In this document: in pieces, positions 39,001-46,769 of the stretch
Layout: every line of letters starts with the position of its first letter
Position numbering within the stretch: position 1 is the first letter of the stretch
Source: Terriglobia bacterium
Lineage (GTDB): Bacteria; Acidobacteriota; Polarisedimenticolia; Polarisedimenticolales; JAIQFR01
Reading direction: 5' to 3'
Assembly: GCA_963748015.1 (NCBI GenBank)
Contig: CAVVHE010000005.1
Location: forward strand, 320,001 to 384,000
Length of the DNA stretch: 64,000 bases
Translations under genes and position numbers: made by a program
Notes under the pieces: generated by a model
Seen by the model: the letters and a program-made list of their open reading frames with translations, nothing else
Told to the model about the DNA's origin: nothing
The model's database searches: none

Positions 39001-39257
39001 CGGGCTTCGAGGAGACGGCCCGGACGCTCGTCCGCATGGCCCGCTCGGGCGCCTTCCCGCTCCGGAAGGACGAGCACTGCCGGTGGTGCCCCTACGGGAG
39101 CGCGTGCCGGCGCAACGACCCGCCGACGAAGCACCGCGAGGATCACGCGACGGACACGAGCGCCTACCGGAAGCTCGTGCGGAAGAACAAGAGGGACCGG
39201 GTGATGCTCGCCGACTTTCCCGCCGAGGACGGCGACGCCGAGGGGGCCGGGGCATGA
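36021..39257 (+). CDS. addB: AddB-like helicase/nuclease subunit B (PD-(D/E)XK nuclease, Fe-S staple)
   Basis: EERLL, RCPLQFF, GRLDRT...DYKT, LQVPLY and CRWCPYGSAC. ATGA overlap with addA. GTG at 36003 is an alternative start. Confidence 0.82.
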   Translation: MKVLAHPDPFVLEAALLDRVEEAKRSEPLARVLVVVPTARLAAHATRKIAERTGACLGVAVLHHRALAYSILEGSGRPAPRVASRPLLLALLQQVLAGLPDNELARFVRERPGAAGSLLGTLRDLRDAGISPRDLARAAQGKREKALAQVYDGYTAALAARRDAGLADDAEIVRGAAAVAQEFARPYRLLLHHGAYELIGVHLDLVRALDRGREVVFLTPVEPGAAVSSYAQRFAERHLIAPGETIERLADRRGGLLGERLALLYDEASEPGPLRGDAVRFRHAQGAVAEVETAVRHALAAAKGGAAPSSVAIVARSLEPYAAAIEEAMDGAALPHTSSHSVPLRREPVVRDLLVLLRSVADGFPRARTAEILASPRVRWEALGLDVPPEGDVAEAWSRNAGIVGGVEEWRFGLADWAGRPRAHEDATDEERAEEEGRASERSRRARRIGDAVAALDVRCRPELPRSWTRHADDVESLARDGLRPAKEGRSKGPLDALLGLLADMRALETVLGDRRSVPFAEMVAWLETAADDASLQPRRSDDGGFRVLDAMQARGLTFERVLLLGMNSGVFPRVAREDPFLPDDTRARLRDATSRPVPVKREGQEEERLLLSLVLGAARVALDVSWQRTDEGGRARTASIALREARRVALGKAGLEVEEKNGEKRDAATPVPAHPMLRIEAAASDPGLISPAEETLLVALRGHVSEEAARALDASAGGRLARGLRMLLSTESFDPAETSFDARVGGARVPLERMTVTAFERLGRCPLQFFFRHVLKVYELEEPASAFELAAWDVGERTHGLLETLYERLRDEGLFASDRSPDLARRASELLPEEWERALGPSAARLEEQLPVLWSVERARWVEALRAFVREDLGRLAGGGYAPRDLEKTLRKTLSFGKGSEAVEIEGRLDRTCEGAEGVLVGDYKTAGSLEDRLDETRMLRGQHLQVPLYFLIADGASVELLGVGPEYAPQSGARAGERHVVFDGFSSDRIHAGFEETARTLVRMARSGAFPLRKDEHCRWCPYGSACRRNDPPTKHREDHATDTSAYRKLVRKNKRDRVMLADFPAEDGDAEGAGA

Positions 39258-42200
39258 CGCCGCGAGCGCTGCCCGACGCCGCCGCGCGCCTCGAGGCGAC
39301 CACGCGCTTCGACGCGAACGTCGTCGTCGAGGCGGGGGCCGGCACGGGGAAGACGTCCATCCTGGTCGAGAGGCTGCTCGTGGCGGTCGGCGCGGGCCTC
39401 GTGCGCGTGGGAGAGTTCGCCGCCATCACTTTCACCGAGAAGGCCGCCGGGGAAATGCGCGACCGGCTCGCCGAAGGGCTCGAGCGCCTCCGCCTCGGCG
39501 CGGGCGGCCGGGTCGAGCCGGACCTCGCGGAGGCGTGGGGGCGGGCGCTGGACCATCTCCTGCGCGAGCGCGGAGTCGAGGCGACCGAGGTCGCGGCCCG
39601 CGCGCTCGCCGCCCTCGCGGACCTGGACCGCGCCACGGTGGCGACCATCCATCGCTTCTGCGCGGATCTCCTTCGCGCCTATCCGTTCGACGCCGGCGTG
39701 GACCCGGGGTTCGACGTGGACCAGGGCCCGATCTTCCAGGAGTTGCTCGACGAGGAATGGGAGCGGTTCCTCGCGGAGGAGCTCGGCCCGCGCGCGGGGC
39801 GCGCGGAGCTCTGGCGCGGACTGCTGGAGCGACTCCCGCTCGGCACGATCCGGAAGCTGGCCTTCGGCCTCTCCGCGTTCTCGGTCCCCGAGTCCCTTCT
39901 CCGCCCGGACGCGCGCGGCGACGACGCCCCGTCGCCGTTCCGGGAGGAGGCGGCCGCGCTCGCGGCGTCCGTCCTCTCCGTTCTCGACCGGCAGAAGGGC
40001 ATGACCCCGAGCGGTCTCGAGAAGTTGCGTCTCTACCACCGCGCGCTCGACACGCTCGCCCGCGAGGGCCCGGCGGCGTTCCTGGATCTCGCGGGCCGCG
40101 CCGAGAACGTAGCGACCATCGAGAAAGGCATTCCCACGGCGTCGAAGCCGGTGGGCGGCGTGACTCCGGAGGAGCTGAAATCCGTCGCGGGCGCCGCCCT
40201 CTCCCTCGTTCGCGAGCTCGCCAAGGTGGACGATGGGGTCTTTCGCCTGCTCGTCGAGGCGGCCGCGCCCTTCGCGCGGCGTGCCCGGGCCCGCCTGCTC
40301 GAGCGCGGCGCGGTGAACTTCGACGGGTTGCTCTCCCTCGCGCGCGACCTCCTGCGAGAGCACCCCGACGTGCGCGACGACGTGCGGCGCAGGTACCGGA
40401 TGCTGCTGGTGGACGAGTTCCAGGACACCGACCCGCTGCAGTACGAGATCGTGCTGTACCTCGCCGGGCGATCCGGCGAGCGCGGGATCGATCCCTTCGA
40501 CCTCGCGCTCGAGCCCGGCCGCCTGTTCATCGTCGGCGACCCGAAGCAGTCCATCTACAGGTTCCGCGGCGCGGACTACGCCGCCTTCCTGCGCGCCGTC
40601 GATCGCGTTCTCGAGCAGGGAGGGAGCAAGCTCGATCTCGTCGCCAACTTCCGGAGCGTCGACGCGGTGATCGAGCCCGTGAACGGCCTCTTCAGGGCGC
40701 AGTGGACCGAGCGGCGGCCCTACCAGCCGCCGTACGTCGCGATCGCCTCCGCGCGGGAGGACCAAGCCGCCGACCCGCGGGTCGAGATCCGCACCGTCCG
40801 GGCCGTCGGGGCGGAAGCGAGGCGGGAGGCCGAGGGGAAGGAGATCGCCCGCTGCGTCGCCGAGATCCTCCGCGAGGGGAAGCGAAAGGCCGGGGACGTG
40901 ATGCTCCTGCTGCGGGCCTTCACGCACCTCCCCTTCTACCTCAGGCCGCTCCGCGAGGCGGGAATCCCGTTCATCGTGGACGGCGGGAGGCAGTTCCTCG
41001 AGCGGACGGAGGTCACCCATCTGATGGCGGCGCTCCGCGCGCTGGCGCGCCCCTCCGACCCGGCCGCGCTGCTGGCGTTCCTGCGCTCGCCCGCGGGCGG
41101 CGTTCCGGATCACGAGCTAGCGGTCTACGCGGCGGGCGGGGGGTCCTGGCGCTACTCGACGGAGCCCGATCCCGCCGCGTACCCGGGGATCTCCCGCGCG
41201 TTCGGGCTGCTGCGCGAGCTCGCGAGAGAGACCGAGGATCTCCCGGCCGACGTGCTGGTCCGCGAGGTGCTGGCGAGGAGCGGCCTCCTACCCCTCGCCG
41301 GGTTCGCGTACGAGGGAGCGCAGCGAGTCGCCAACCTCCGCAAGCTCGCCGCCGCCGCGGCCGATCTCGCCCGGGACGGCACCCTGTCGCTCAACGAGGT
41401 CCTCGACGCCCTCGAGAGCGAGCGGGCCGGAGCGGTGGAGGGCGACTCGCCTCTCGCCGGGGAAGGACACGAGGCCGTCCGCGTGCTCACCGTTCACAAG
41501 GCCAAGGGACTCGAGAGCCGGATCGTGCTGGTCGCCGACCTCGCGCGCGAGGGGAGGCGCGGGGGACTTTCCCCCGACGAGGAGGTGGGCATCGCCGCGC
41601 TGCCGGGCGGCGGAGCCGCGCTCGCGCTGAAGGGAGCGAAGCTCCGTAACTCCGCCCGCGTCTGGCTCGAGCGCGAGGAGAAGCGGCACGAGGAGGCGGA
41701 GGACCTGCGTACGTTCTACGTCGCATTGACCCGCGCGAGGGAGCGGCTGATCCTGTTCGCGGCGAAGCCGAAGGCGGGGGCGCCCTGGATCGAGGCCCTC
41801 GCGCCGTGGGGCTACGCGCCGGACGCTCCCCCGGGGGACGGCGAGCGGATCGCCGACCGGATGGTCCTGCACGTCGCCGCTCGGGACGCCGCGCCGGTGA
41901 AGCGGGGTACGGACCTGCCGGAGGGGGAGCCGGAGGCCGTGGCCGCGTGGGAATCGGCCGTCCGGGCCGTCAAGGACACCGCGCGCGCCCCCTTCCGGCG
42001 TCCCTCCGGAATCCGGGAGGACAAGGCGGCGCGGCACGACGACGCCGAAGGCGACGCCGCGGCGGCGGCGCCGGCGCGCGACGTCGCGCTGGCGGCCGGG
42101 ACCGCGGTCCACGCGGCGCTCGAGCAGTGGGACCCGCGCTCGGGAGCTCCGCTTGCCGCCGGGCTGCCGGAACTGGCGGCGCGTGCCGCCGCCGAGCACG

Positions 42201-42577
42201 GCGCCGACCCGGCTGCCGTCGAGCGCGAGGCGCGCGAGGCGCTCGATGCGTTCGCGGCCTCGCCGCTGGCCGAGAGACTCCGCTCGGTCGACGTGCTCGG
42301 CCGAGAGGTCCCCGTGCTCCTTCGCGAGGAGGACGGCACGACGGTCGCCGGGTTTCTCGACCTGCTCTACCGCGACGCCGACGGCACCGTCGTCGTCGCC
42401 GACTACAAGACCGATCGCGCGCTCTCCGCGGACGAGGCGGAGACGCGTTACGGCGCCCAGCTCGGCGCCTACGCCGAAACGGTGCGGCGCGCGATGCGCC
42501 TCACCGCCCCGCCCCGCACCGAGCTGTGGCTCGTTCGCCGCGGGGAGATCCTGCTCGTCCGGGAAGAACCCGGGTGA
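39254..42577 (+). CDS. addA: AddA-like UvrD helicase with a C-terminal RecB-type nuclease
   Basis: EAGAGTGKT, ITFTEKAA, VDEFQDT, VGDPKQSIYRFRGA, LTVHKAKGLE, YVALTRAR and GFLDLL...DYKT. Confidence 0.9.
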   Translation: MTPRALPDAAARLEATTRFDANVVVEAGAGTGKTSILVERLLVAVGAGLVRVGEFAAITFTEKAAGEMRDRLAEGLERLRLGAGGRVEPDLAEAWGRALDHLLRERGVEATEVAARALAALADLDRATVATIHRFCADLLRAYPFDAGVDPGFDVDQGPIFQELLDEEWERFLAEELGPRAGRAELWRGLLERLPLGTIRKLAFGLSAFSVPESLLRPDARGDDAPSPFREEAAALAASVLSVLDRQKGMTPSGLEKLRLYHRALDTLAREGPAAFLDLAGRAENVATIEKGIPTASKPVGGVTPEELKSVAGAALSLVRELAKVDDGVFRLLVEAAAPFARRARARLLERGAVNFDGLLSLARDLLREHPDVRDDVRRRYRMLLVDEFQDTDPLQYEIVLYLAGRSGERGIDPFDLALEPGRLFIVGDPKQSIYRFRGADYAAFLRAVDRVLEQGGSKLDLVANFRSVDAVIEPVNGLFRAQWTERRPYQPPYVAIASAREDQAADPRVEIRTVRAVGAEARREAEGKEIARCVAEILREGKRKAGDVMLLLRAFTHLPFYLRPLREAGIPFIVDGGRQFLERTEVTHLMAALRALARPSDPAALLAFLRSPAGGVPDHELAVYAAGGGSWRYSTEPDPAAYPGISRAFGLLRELARETEDLPADVLVREVLARSGLLPLAGFAYEGAQRVANLRKLAAAAADLARDGTLSLNEVLDALESERAGAVEGDSPLAGEGHEAVRVLTVHKAKGLESRIVLVADLAREGRRGGLSPDEEVGIAALPGGGAALALKGAKLRNSARVWLEREEKRHEEAEDLRTFYVALTRARERLILFAAKPKAGAPWIEALAPWGYAPDAPPGDGERIADRMVLHVAARDAAPVKRGTDLPEGEPEAVAAWESAVRAVKDTARAPFRRPSGIREDKAARHDDAEGDAAAAAPARDVALAAGTAVHAALEQWDPRSGAPLAAGLPELAARAAAEHGADPAAVEREAREALDAFAASPLAERLRSVDVLGREVPVLLREEDGTTVAGFLDLLYRDADGTVVVADYKTDRALSADEAETRYGAQLGAYAETVRRAMRLTAPPRTELWLVRRGEILLVREEPG

Positions 42578-42602
42578 CCGCCCTGGGATCCGTGGGGCCC
42601 GC

Positions 42603-43076
42603 TCAGGCCTTGCGGACCAGCCTCGCGTCCAGCTCGAAGGGCGCGATCCCCGCTACCGCGATTCGCGAGGCGTCGGGATGGAGAGGATTGAGCAGGAAGT
42701 TGCTTTCCGCCGGGATGACCGCCGACGGAACGCGGAGCACGGCGGACTTCCTCCCGTCGAGCCACTTCGTGCCGAGCTGCTGGAGGCGGCGCGAGGCGGG
42801 GACATTCCGCCAATCGCGCGGCAGGGCGCTTGCGGGGAGCTCGGAGATCTCGAGAGCGTCGGGGATCTCGATTTCGATGGCCACGAGGTCCGCGGGAGCG
42901 TGGTCCACGCCCACGTGGACGAGCAGCTCGAGGGCGGCGAGGGAGAGCGTGGCCGCGGTGTAGACGATCCGCGATCCCTTCTCGTGCCAGCGCCCGGCGG
43001 CGACGGTCCCGCCCTTTCCGCTCAGCGGCTCTTCGGCGTGCGGTTTCCTGCAGAGTCGCCAGACACGCACTGGCAC
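42603..43076 (-). CDS. RES-domain toxin (NAD+ phosphorylase type)
   Basis: VWRL...SGKGG...GRW...VYTAATLSLAALELLVH...VPSAVIPAESNFLLNP. GTG overlaps the antitoxin TAG. Confidence 0.9.
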   Translation of the reverse strand: MPVRVWRLCRKPHAEEPLSGKGGTVAAGRWHEKGSRIVYTAATLSLAALELLVHVGVDHAPADLVAIEIEIPDALEISELPASALPRDWRNVPASRRLQQLGTKWLDGRKSAVLRVPSAVIPAESNFLLNPLHPDASRIAVAGIAPFELDARLVRKA

Positions 43077-43525
43077 TAGCTGAAGATCCCGTGATTGATC
43101 CGCTCCAGGACTTCCTCGACCTGGCGCTCGCCGATCTCGGTGTCGAGGAGCTGGAGAGGCGCCGTGCCGGCCAGCGCGCGATTCGGCCGGCCGAGCCAGC
43201 CCTTGGCCTTGCCGAGGGATCCCAAGACTTCCGAGGCCAGGAGCGTCATGTAGGCCAGCCGGTAGAGCCGGTCCGACTCGGCGGGAGCGAGGCGCCGCGC
43301 CACCTTCCTGCGGGCCAGCGTGCGCGGCGCGACTCCTAGCAGGCGCGAGACCTCGCCGGACCGGACCTCGATGACGCGAACCAGGGCCTCGAGAGCGGCG
43401 TAGGGTAGCCCCTTCCGCACCACTTCGAGCATCTGGCCGGCGTCGGTGATGCCCCCGCGGAACACGGCTCGCCCCCCGAGCAGGGCCGCGACCTTTCGCG
43501 TTTCCTCGGACTGAAGTTGTGCCAT
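43076..43525 (-). CDS. Xre/MbcA/ParS-type antitoxin
   Basis: VRKGLP, RTLARRK, ESDRLYRL, WLGRPNRALAG..PLQLLDT..G...VEEVL..I.HG. Confidence 0.9.
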   Translation of the reverse strand: MAQLQSEETRKVAALLGGRAVFRGGITDAGQMLEVVRKGLPYAALEALVRVIEVRSGEVSRLLGVAPRTLARRKVARRLAPAESDRLYRLAYMTLLASEVLGSLGKAKGWLGRPNRALAGTAPLQLLDTEIGERQVEEVLERINHGIFS

Positions 43526-43562
43526 ATGTCATTAATCGTACTGCCAAATGGCCGAAGCGCAA
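43521..43562 (-). promoter_or_regulatory. toxin-antitoxin promoter with two palindromic operator-like boxes
   Basis: TTGCGC-16 nt-TACGAT on the minus strand. GCCAAATGGC in the spacer and GCCATATGTC over the start codon (plus-strand reading). Confidence 0.6.
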
Positions 43563-43600
43563 CCCCGCGAGCCGTGCGGCGGATTCCCCTGCCAGGCCGT

Positions 43601-46501
43601 CTACCTACCGCCCTCATCTCGCGCCTCGACGGCGATCGACTGCCCCGCGCGCGCGCCTGGCTTGGCGCTTCGCTTCTGCCTGGTGATGGGATCCTGGCCG
43701 ATGCCACCCTGATCGTGGGGGACGATGACGACGTCTTGCCCTACCCCGATGTTCCCGGATGCGTCCCTCGCCTGATACCGGATCGTGTACGTCCGGCCGG
43801 GACCGTTGCCGTCCCGCTCCGCTCGAAGCAGCACGTCGAAGTCCGGGGTGCCGAGGATCGCACCCTGGATGTCGTTCGTCGTGTTCCCGTCCCCTCCGCC
43901 CGGCGCGTCGTCCGGTTCGCTCGAAACAACGGAAGCCAGGATGACCTGGGGTGACGGATCGCAGGCATCGTGCGCGACGACGCGGCTGTGGACGCGATAC
44001 ATGGCGTGGTTCGGCGGCCACAGAGAGTGAGGCGTCGCCTCGACCGTCACCCATGGAAGTGTGTTATCCACGACGGTCACGACGGTCTGACACGTTGCAA
44101 TGTTCCCGGCATCATCCCTGGCGGTGAACGTCACCGTCGTCGAGCCCAGGGGGTACCAACCCGACGCGTCCGCCCCACCCGCGGTCCTGTCGTTGGTAAT
44201 GGGGACCGCTCCGAAGCAAAGGTCGGTCGCGGTCGCGGGGGGAAGGACAACCTGTGATTGCCCCGCGGCCTGGCATTCCGCCCGCATGCTCGACGGGCAG
44301 GTGACGACGGGCGGAGTGGTGTCCTGGACGGTGATGATCGTGCCGTCGGTTCCGGTCGCGCCCGCCCTGTCCGTGACCGTCAAGAGCACGCCGTGCTCTC
44401 CGAGAGGTAACGGGACGAACGCCGCTTCGGCGCTGGCCAGAGTGGTTCCGTTCTCCGACCAGACGAAACCGACGATGTCGTCGTTCGTACGCGGGGTCGA
44501 ATCGACGTCCGTGCTGGCCGAGCCGTCGAGCGCCGCCGTCGCCTTCCCGTCGCCCGTGCATTCCAGGACCTGGTCCGGACCGGCGTCGGCAACCGGCGGT
44601 TGGTTCGCGGGCCCGTATTCCCAATGATCGCCGACTCGAGGGCCATTGTGCCCCCCGAAGAGCACGACGAATCCTCGCGCGCTGTCATAGACCATCGCGA
44701 AATTCTCGCGGGCGGGCGGGCTCGTGGCCGGCGTCCTCTGAACCCACGTGTTCCCGTCCCACTCCCACGTGTCGGCGAGAAGCCCGCCCCTACTACCCCC
44801 GAAGAGCACGACGCGTCCCCGCGCGCTGTCATAGGCCATAGCGAAAAAATTGCGGGCTGGCGGGCTCGTGGCCGGCGCCCTCTGAACCCAAGTGTTCCCG
44901 TCCCATTCCCACGTATCGGCCGAATACGTGGTGGTCCCCCTGCCCCCGAAGAGCACGACGCGTCCCCGCGCGCCGTCGTAGGCCAACGCGTGGCCATCGC
45001 GTGCGGGTGGGCTCGTACTGGGCGTCGTCTGAACCCACGTGTTCCCGTCCCACTCCCAGGTGTCGGCAAGCCGATGACTGGTCCCGTCGTAGTAGCTGCC
45101 TCCGAACAGCACCACCCGTCCCCGCGCGCTGTCGTACGCCATCGCGTGCCATAGGCGGGGGGGCGGACTGACGGGGGGCGTCCGCTGAATCCAGGTATCC
45201 CCATCCCACTCCCACGTGTCGGCGAAGTAGTGCCACGACCCGTCGTAGCCGTACCCGCCAAAGAGCACCACGCGTCCCCGCGCGCTGTCGTACGCCATCG
45301 CGTGGCCATACCGGGCTGTTGGGCTCGTGGCGGGCGTTCTCTGAACCCAGGAGTTCCCGTCCCACTCCCACGTGTCGGCGCCGGCCCCGTGCCCACTGAA
45401 AAGCACCACGCGTTCCCGCGCGCTGTCGTACGCCATCGCGTGGTAACCGCGCTCTGACGGGCTCATGGGGTTCTGGACCCACGTGTTCCCGTCCCATTCC
45501 CACGTGTCGGTAAAGAGAGGCCCGCCCCCGTATCCCCCGAAGATCACGGCGCGTCCCCGCGCGCTGTCGTAGGCCATCGCGTGGTATTCGCGTCCGCGTG
45601 GGCTCGTGCTGGGGGTCCGCTGAATCCAGGTATCCCCATCCCACTCCCATGTATCCGCCAAAGGCAACCCCGTGCGGTCTGCCCCCCCGAAGAGCACGAC
45701 GCGTCCCCGCGCGCTGTCGTAGGCCATCGCGGGGCCTTCGCGTGCGGGTGGGCTCGTCGCGGGCGTCCGCTGAACCCACGTGTTCCCATCCCATTCCCAC
45801 GTGTCTGCGAGGACCTGCTCGGTCCAGGGGTAGGAGTTGCCTCCGTACAGCACGACGCGCCCTCTCGCGCTGTCGTACGCCATCGCGTGGTAAACGCGGG
45901 CGGGCGGGCTCGTGGCCGGCGTCCGCCGAACCCACGTGTTCCCGTCCCACTCCCACGTGTCGGCGAGAACGATGTCGTTGTCTTCGTCGTACCCCCCGAA
46001 GAGCACCACGCGTCCCCGCGCGCTGTCGTAGGCCATCGCGTGGCTATCGAGTGCGGGTGGGCTCGTGAGTGGCGTCCGCCGAACCCACGTGTTCCCGTCC
46101 CATTCCCAGGTGTCGGCGCGCCCACCCCACCCCCCGAAGAGCACCACGCGTCCCCGCGCGCTGTCGTAGGCCATCGCGTGATCGACGCGCGCGGATGGCC
46201 TCGTTGCGGGTGTCCGCTGAACCCACGAATTCCCGTCCCACTCCAGCGTATCGGCCAAAAGACCACTCGCCATTCCTCCGAAGAGCACGACGCGCCCCCG
46301 CGCGCTGTCGTAGGCCATCGCGTGGCCAGCGCGGGTTGGCGGGATCTTGACGACCCACTTGACCGTGTCGGAAGTCGCCTCCACCTCTCCTGTCGCGGCC
46401 ACGTTCGTGGGGGCCGGGTCCAGGGCGACGACCGCCGGCGGGGCGGCCGCGAGCAGGCCGCACGCGACGACGAGAAGCCGCGGAAGACGTATCACCGCCA
46501 T
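43601..46501 (-). CDS. secreted protein: 12 kelch-like repeats, PKD-like domain, HYR domain and LWPPNH C-terminal domain
   Basis: GGAGG SD and signal peptide. 12 x HAMAYDSARGRVVLFGG...DTWEWDG. NQPPVADAGPDQ...LDGSASTD, DTTPPVVTCP...YPLGSTTVTFTARD and LWPPNH...LRAERDGNGPGRTY. Confidence 0.87.
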   Translation of the reverse strand: MAVIRLPRLLVVACGLLAAAPPAVVALDPAPTNVAATGEVEATSDTVKWVVKIPPTRAGHAMAYDSARGRVVLFGGMASGLLADTLEWDGNSWVQRTPATRPSARVDHAMAYDSARGRVVLFGGWGGRADTWEWDGNTWVRRTPLTSPPALDSHAMAYDSARGRVVLFGGYDEDNDIVLADTWEWDGNTWVRRTPATSPPARVYHAMAYDSARGRVVLYGGNSYPWTEQVLADTWEWDGNTWVQRTPATSPPAREGPAMAYDSARGRVVLFGGADRTGLPLADTWEWDGDTWIQRTPSTSPRGREYHAMAYDSARGRAVIFGGYGGGPLFTDTWEWDGNTWVQNPMSPSERGYHAMAYDSARERVVLFSGHGAGADTWEWDGNSWVQRTPATSPTARYGHAMAYDSARGRVVLFGGYGYDGSWHYFADTWEWDGDTWIQRTPPVSPPPRLWHAMAYDSARGRVVLFGGSYYDGTSHRLADTWEWDGNTWVQTTPSTSPPARDGHALAYDGARGRVVLFGGRGTTTYSADTWEWDGNTWVQRAPATSPPARNFFAMAYDSARGRVVLFGGSRGGLLADTWEWDGNTWVQRTPATSPPARENFAMVYDSARGFVVLFGGHNGPRVGDHWEYGPANQPPVADAGPDQVLECTGDGKATAALDGSASTDVDSTPRTNDDIVGFVWSENGTTLASAEAAFVPLPLGEHGVLLTVTDRAGATGTDGTIITVQDTTPPVVTCPSSMRAECQAAGQSQVVLPPATATDLCFGAVPITNDRTAGGADASGWYPLGSTTVTFTARDDAGNIATCQTVVTVVDNTLPWVTVEATPHSLWPPNHAMYRVHSRVVAHDACDPSPQVILASVVSSEPDDAPGGGDGNTTNDIQGAILGTPDFDVLLRAERDGNGPGRTYTIRYQARDASGNIGVGQDVVIVPHDQGGIGQDPITRQKRSAKPGARAGQSIAVEARDEGGR

Positions 46502-46769
46502 GACCCGCCTCCTGCTCCGAGGCGCGCGCGGAAGGGGTTGGGCCGGGCCGCGCGGACCTCGACACCCCACCTGCGGTCCCTATACGCCACGTCGGGTGGC
46601 GAAACAACGCGATCTTTCGAATCTTGCGGGAGGCCCGTCCTTCCCGAGGAAGTCGTGGGAGTACCCGCCCTGGAACCGCGAGCCACCGCGCCGTGCCGTC
46701 GCCGCGCGGAGGCATGTCGGGTAGCTCTCCGGCGCTCCACGGTCGCTCTCACGCCCTGATCTCGCCCGC

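Noticed and set aside
36185..39253. Apparent 2,130-aa AddA
   Set aside because: The first ~1,020 codons overlap addB in another frame. Helicase motifs begin right after ATG 39254.
36021..42577. Helicase-nuclease pair as a novel defence system
   Set aside because: Motifs, order and the Fe-S cysteines fit housekeeping AddAB recombination-repair.
44620..46345. Repeat-spacer-like DNA periodicity resembling a CRISPR array
   Set aside because: The repeats are in-frame coding kelch units of ~135-155 bp inside one ORF, and no cas genes are present.
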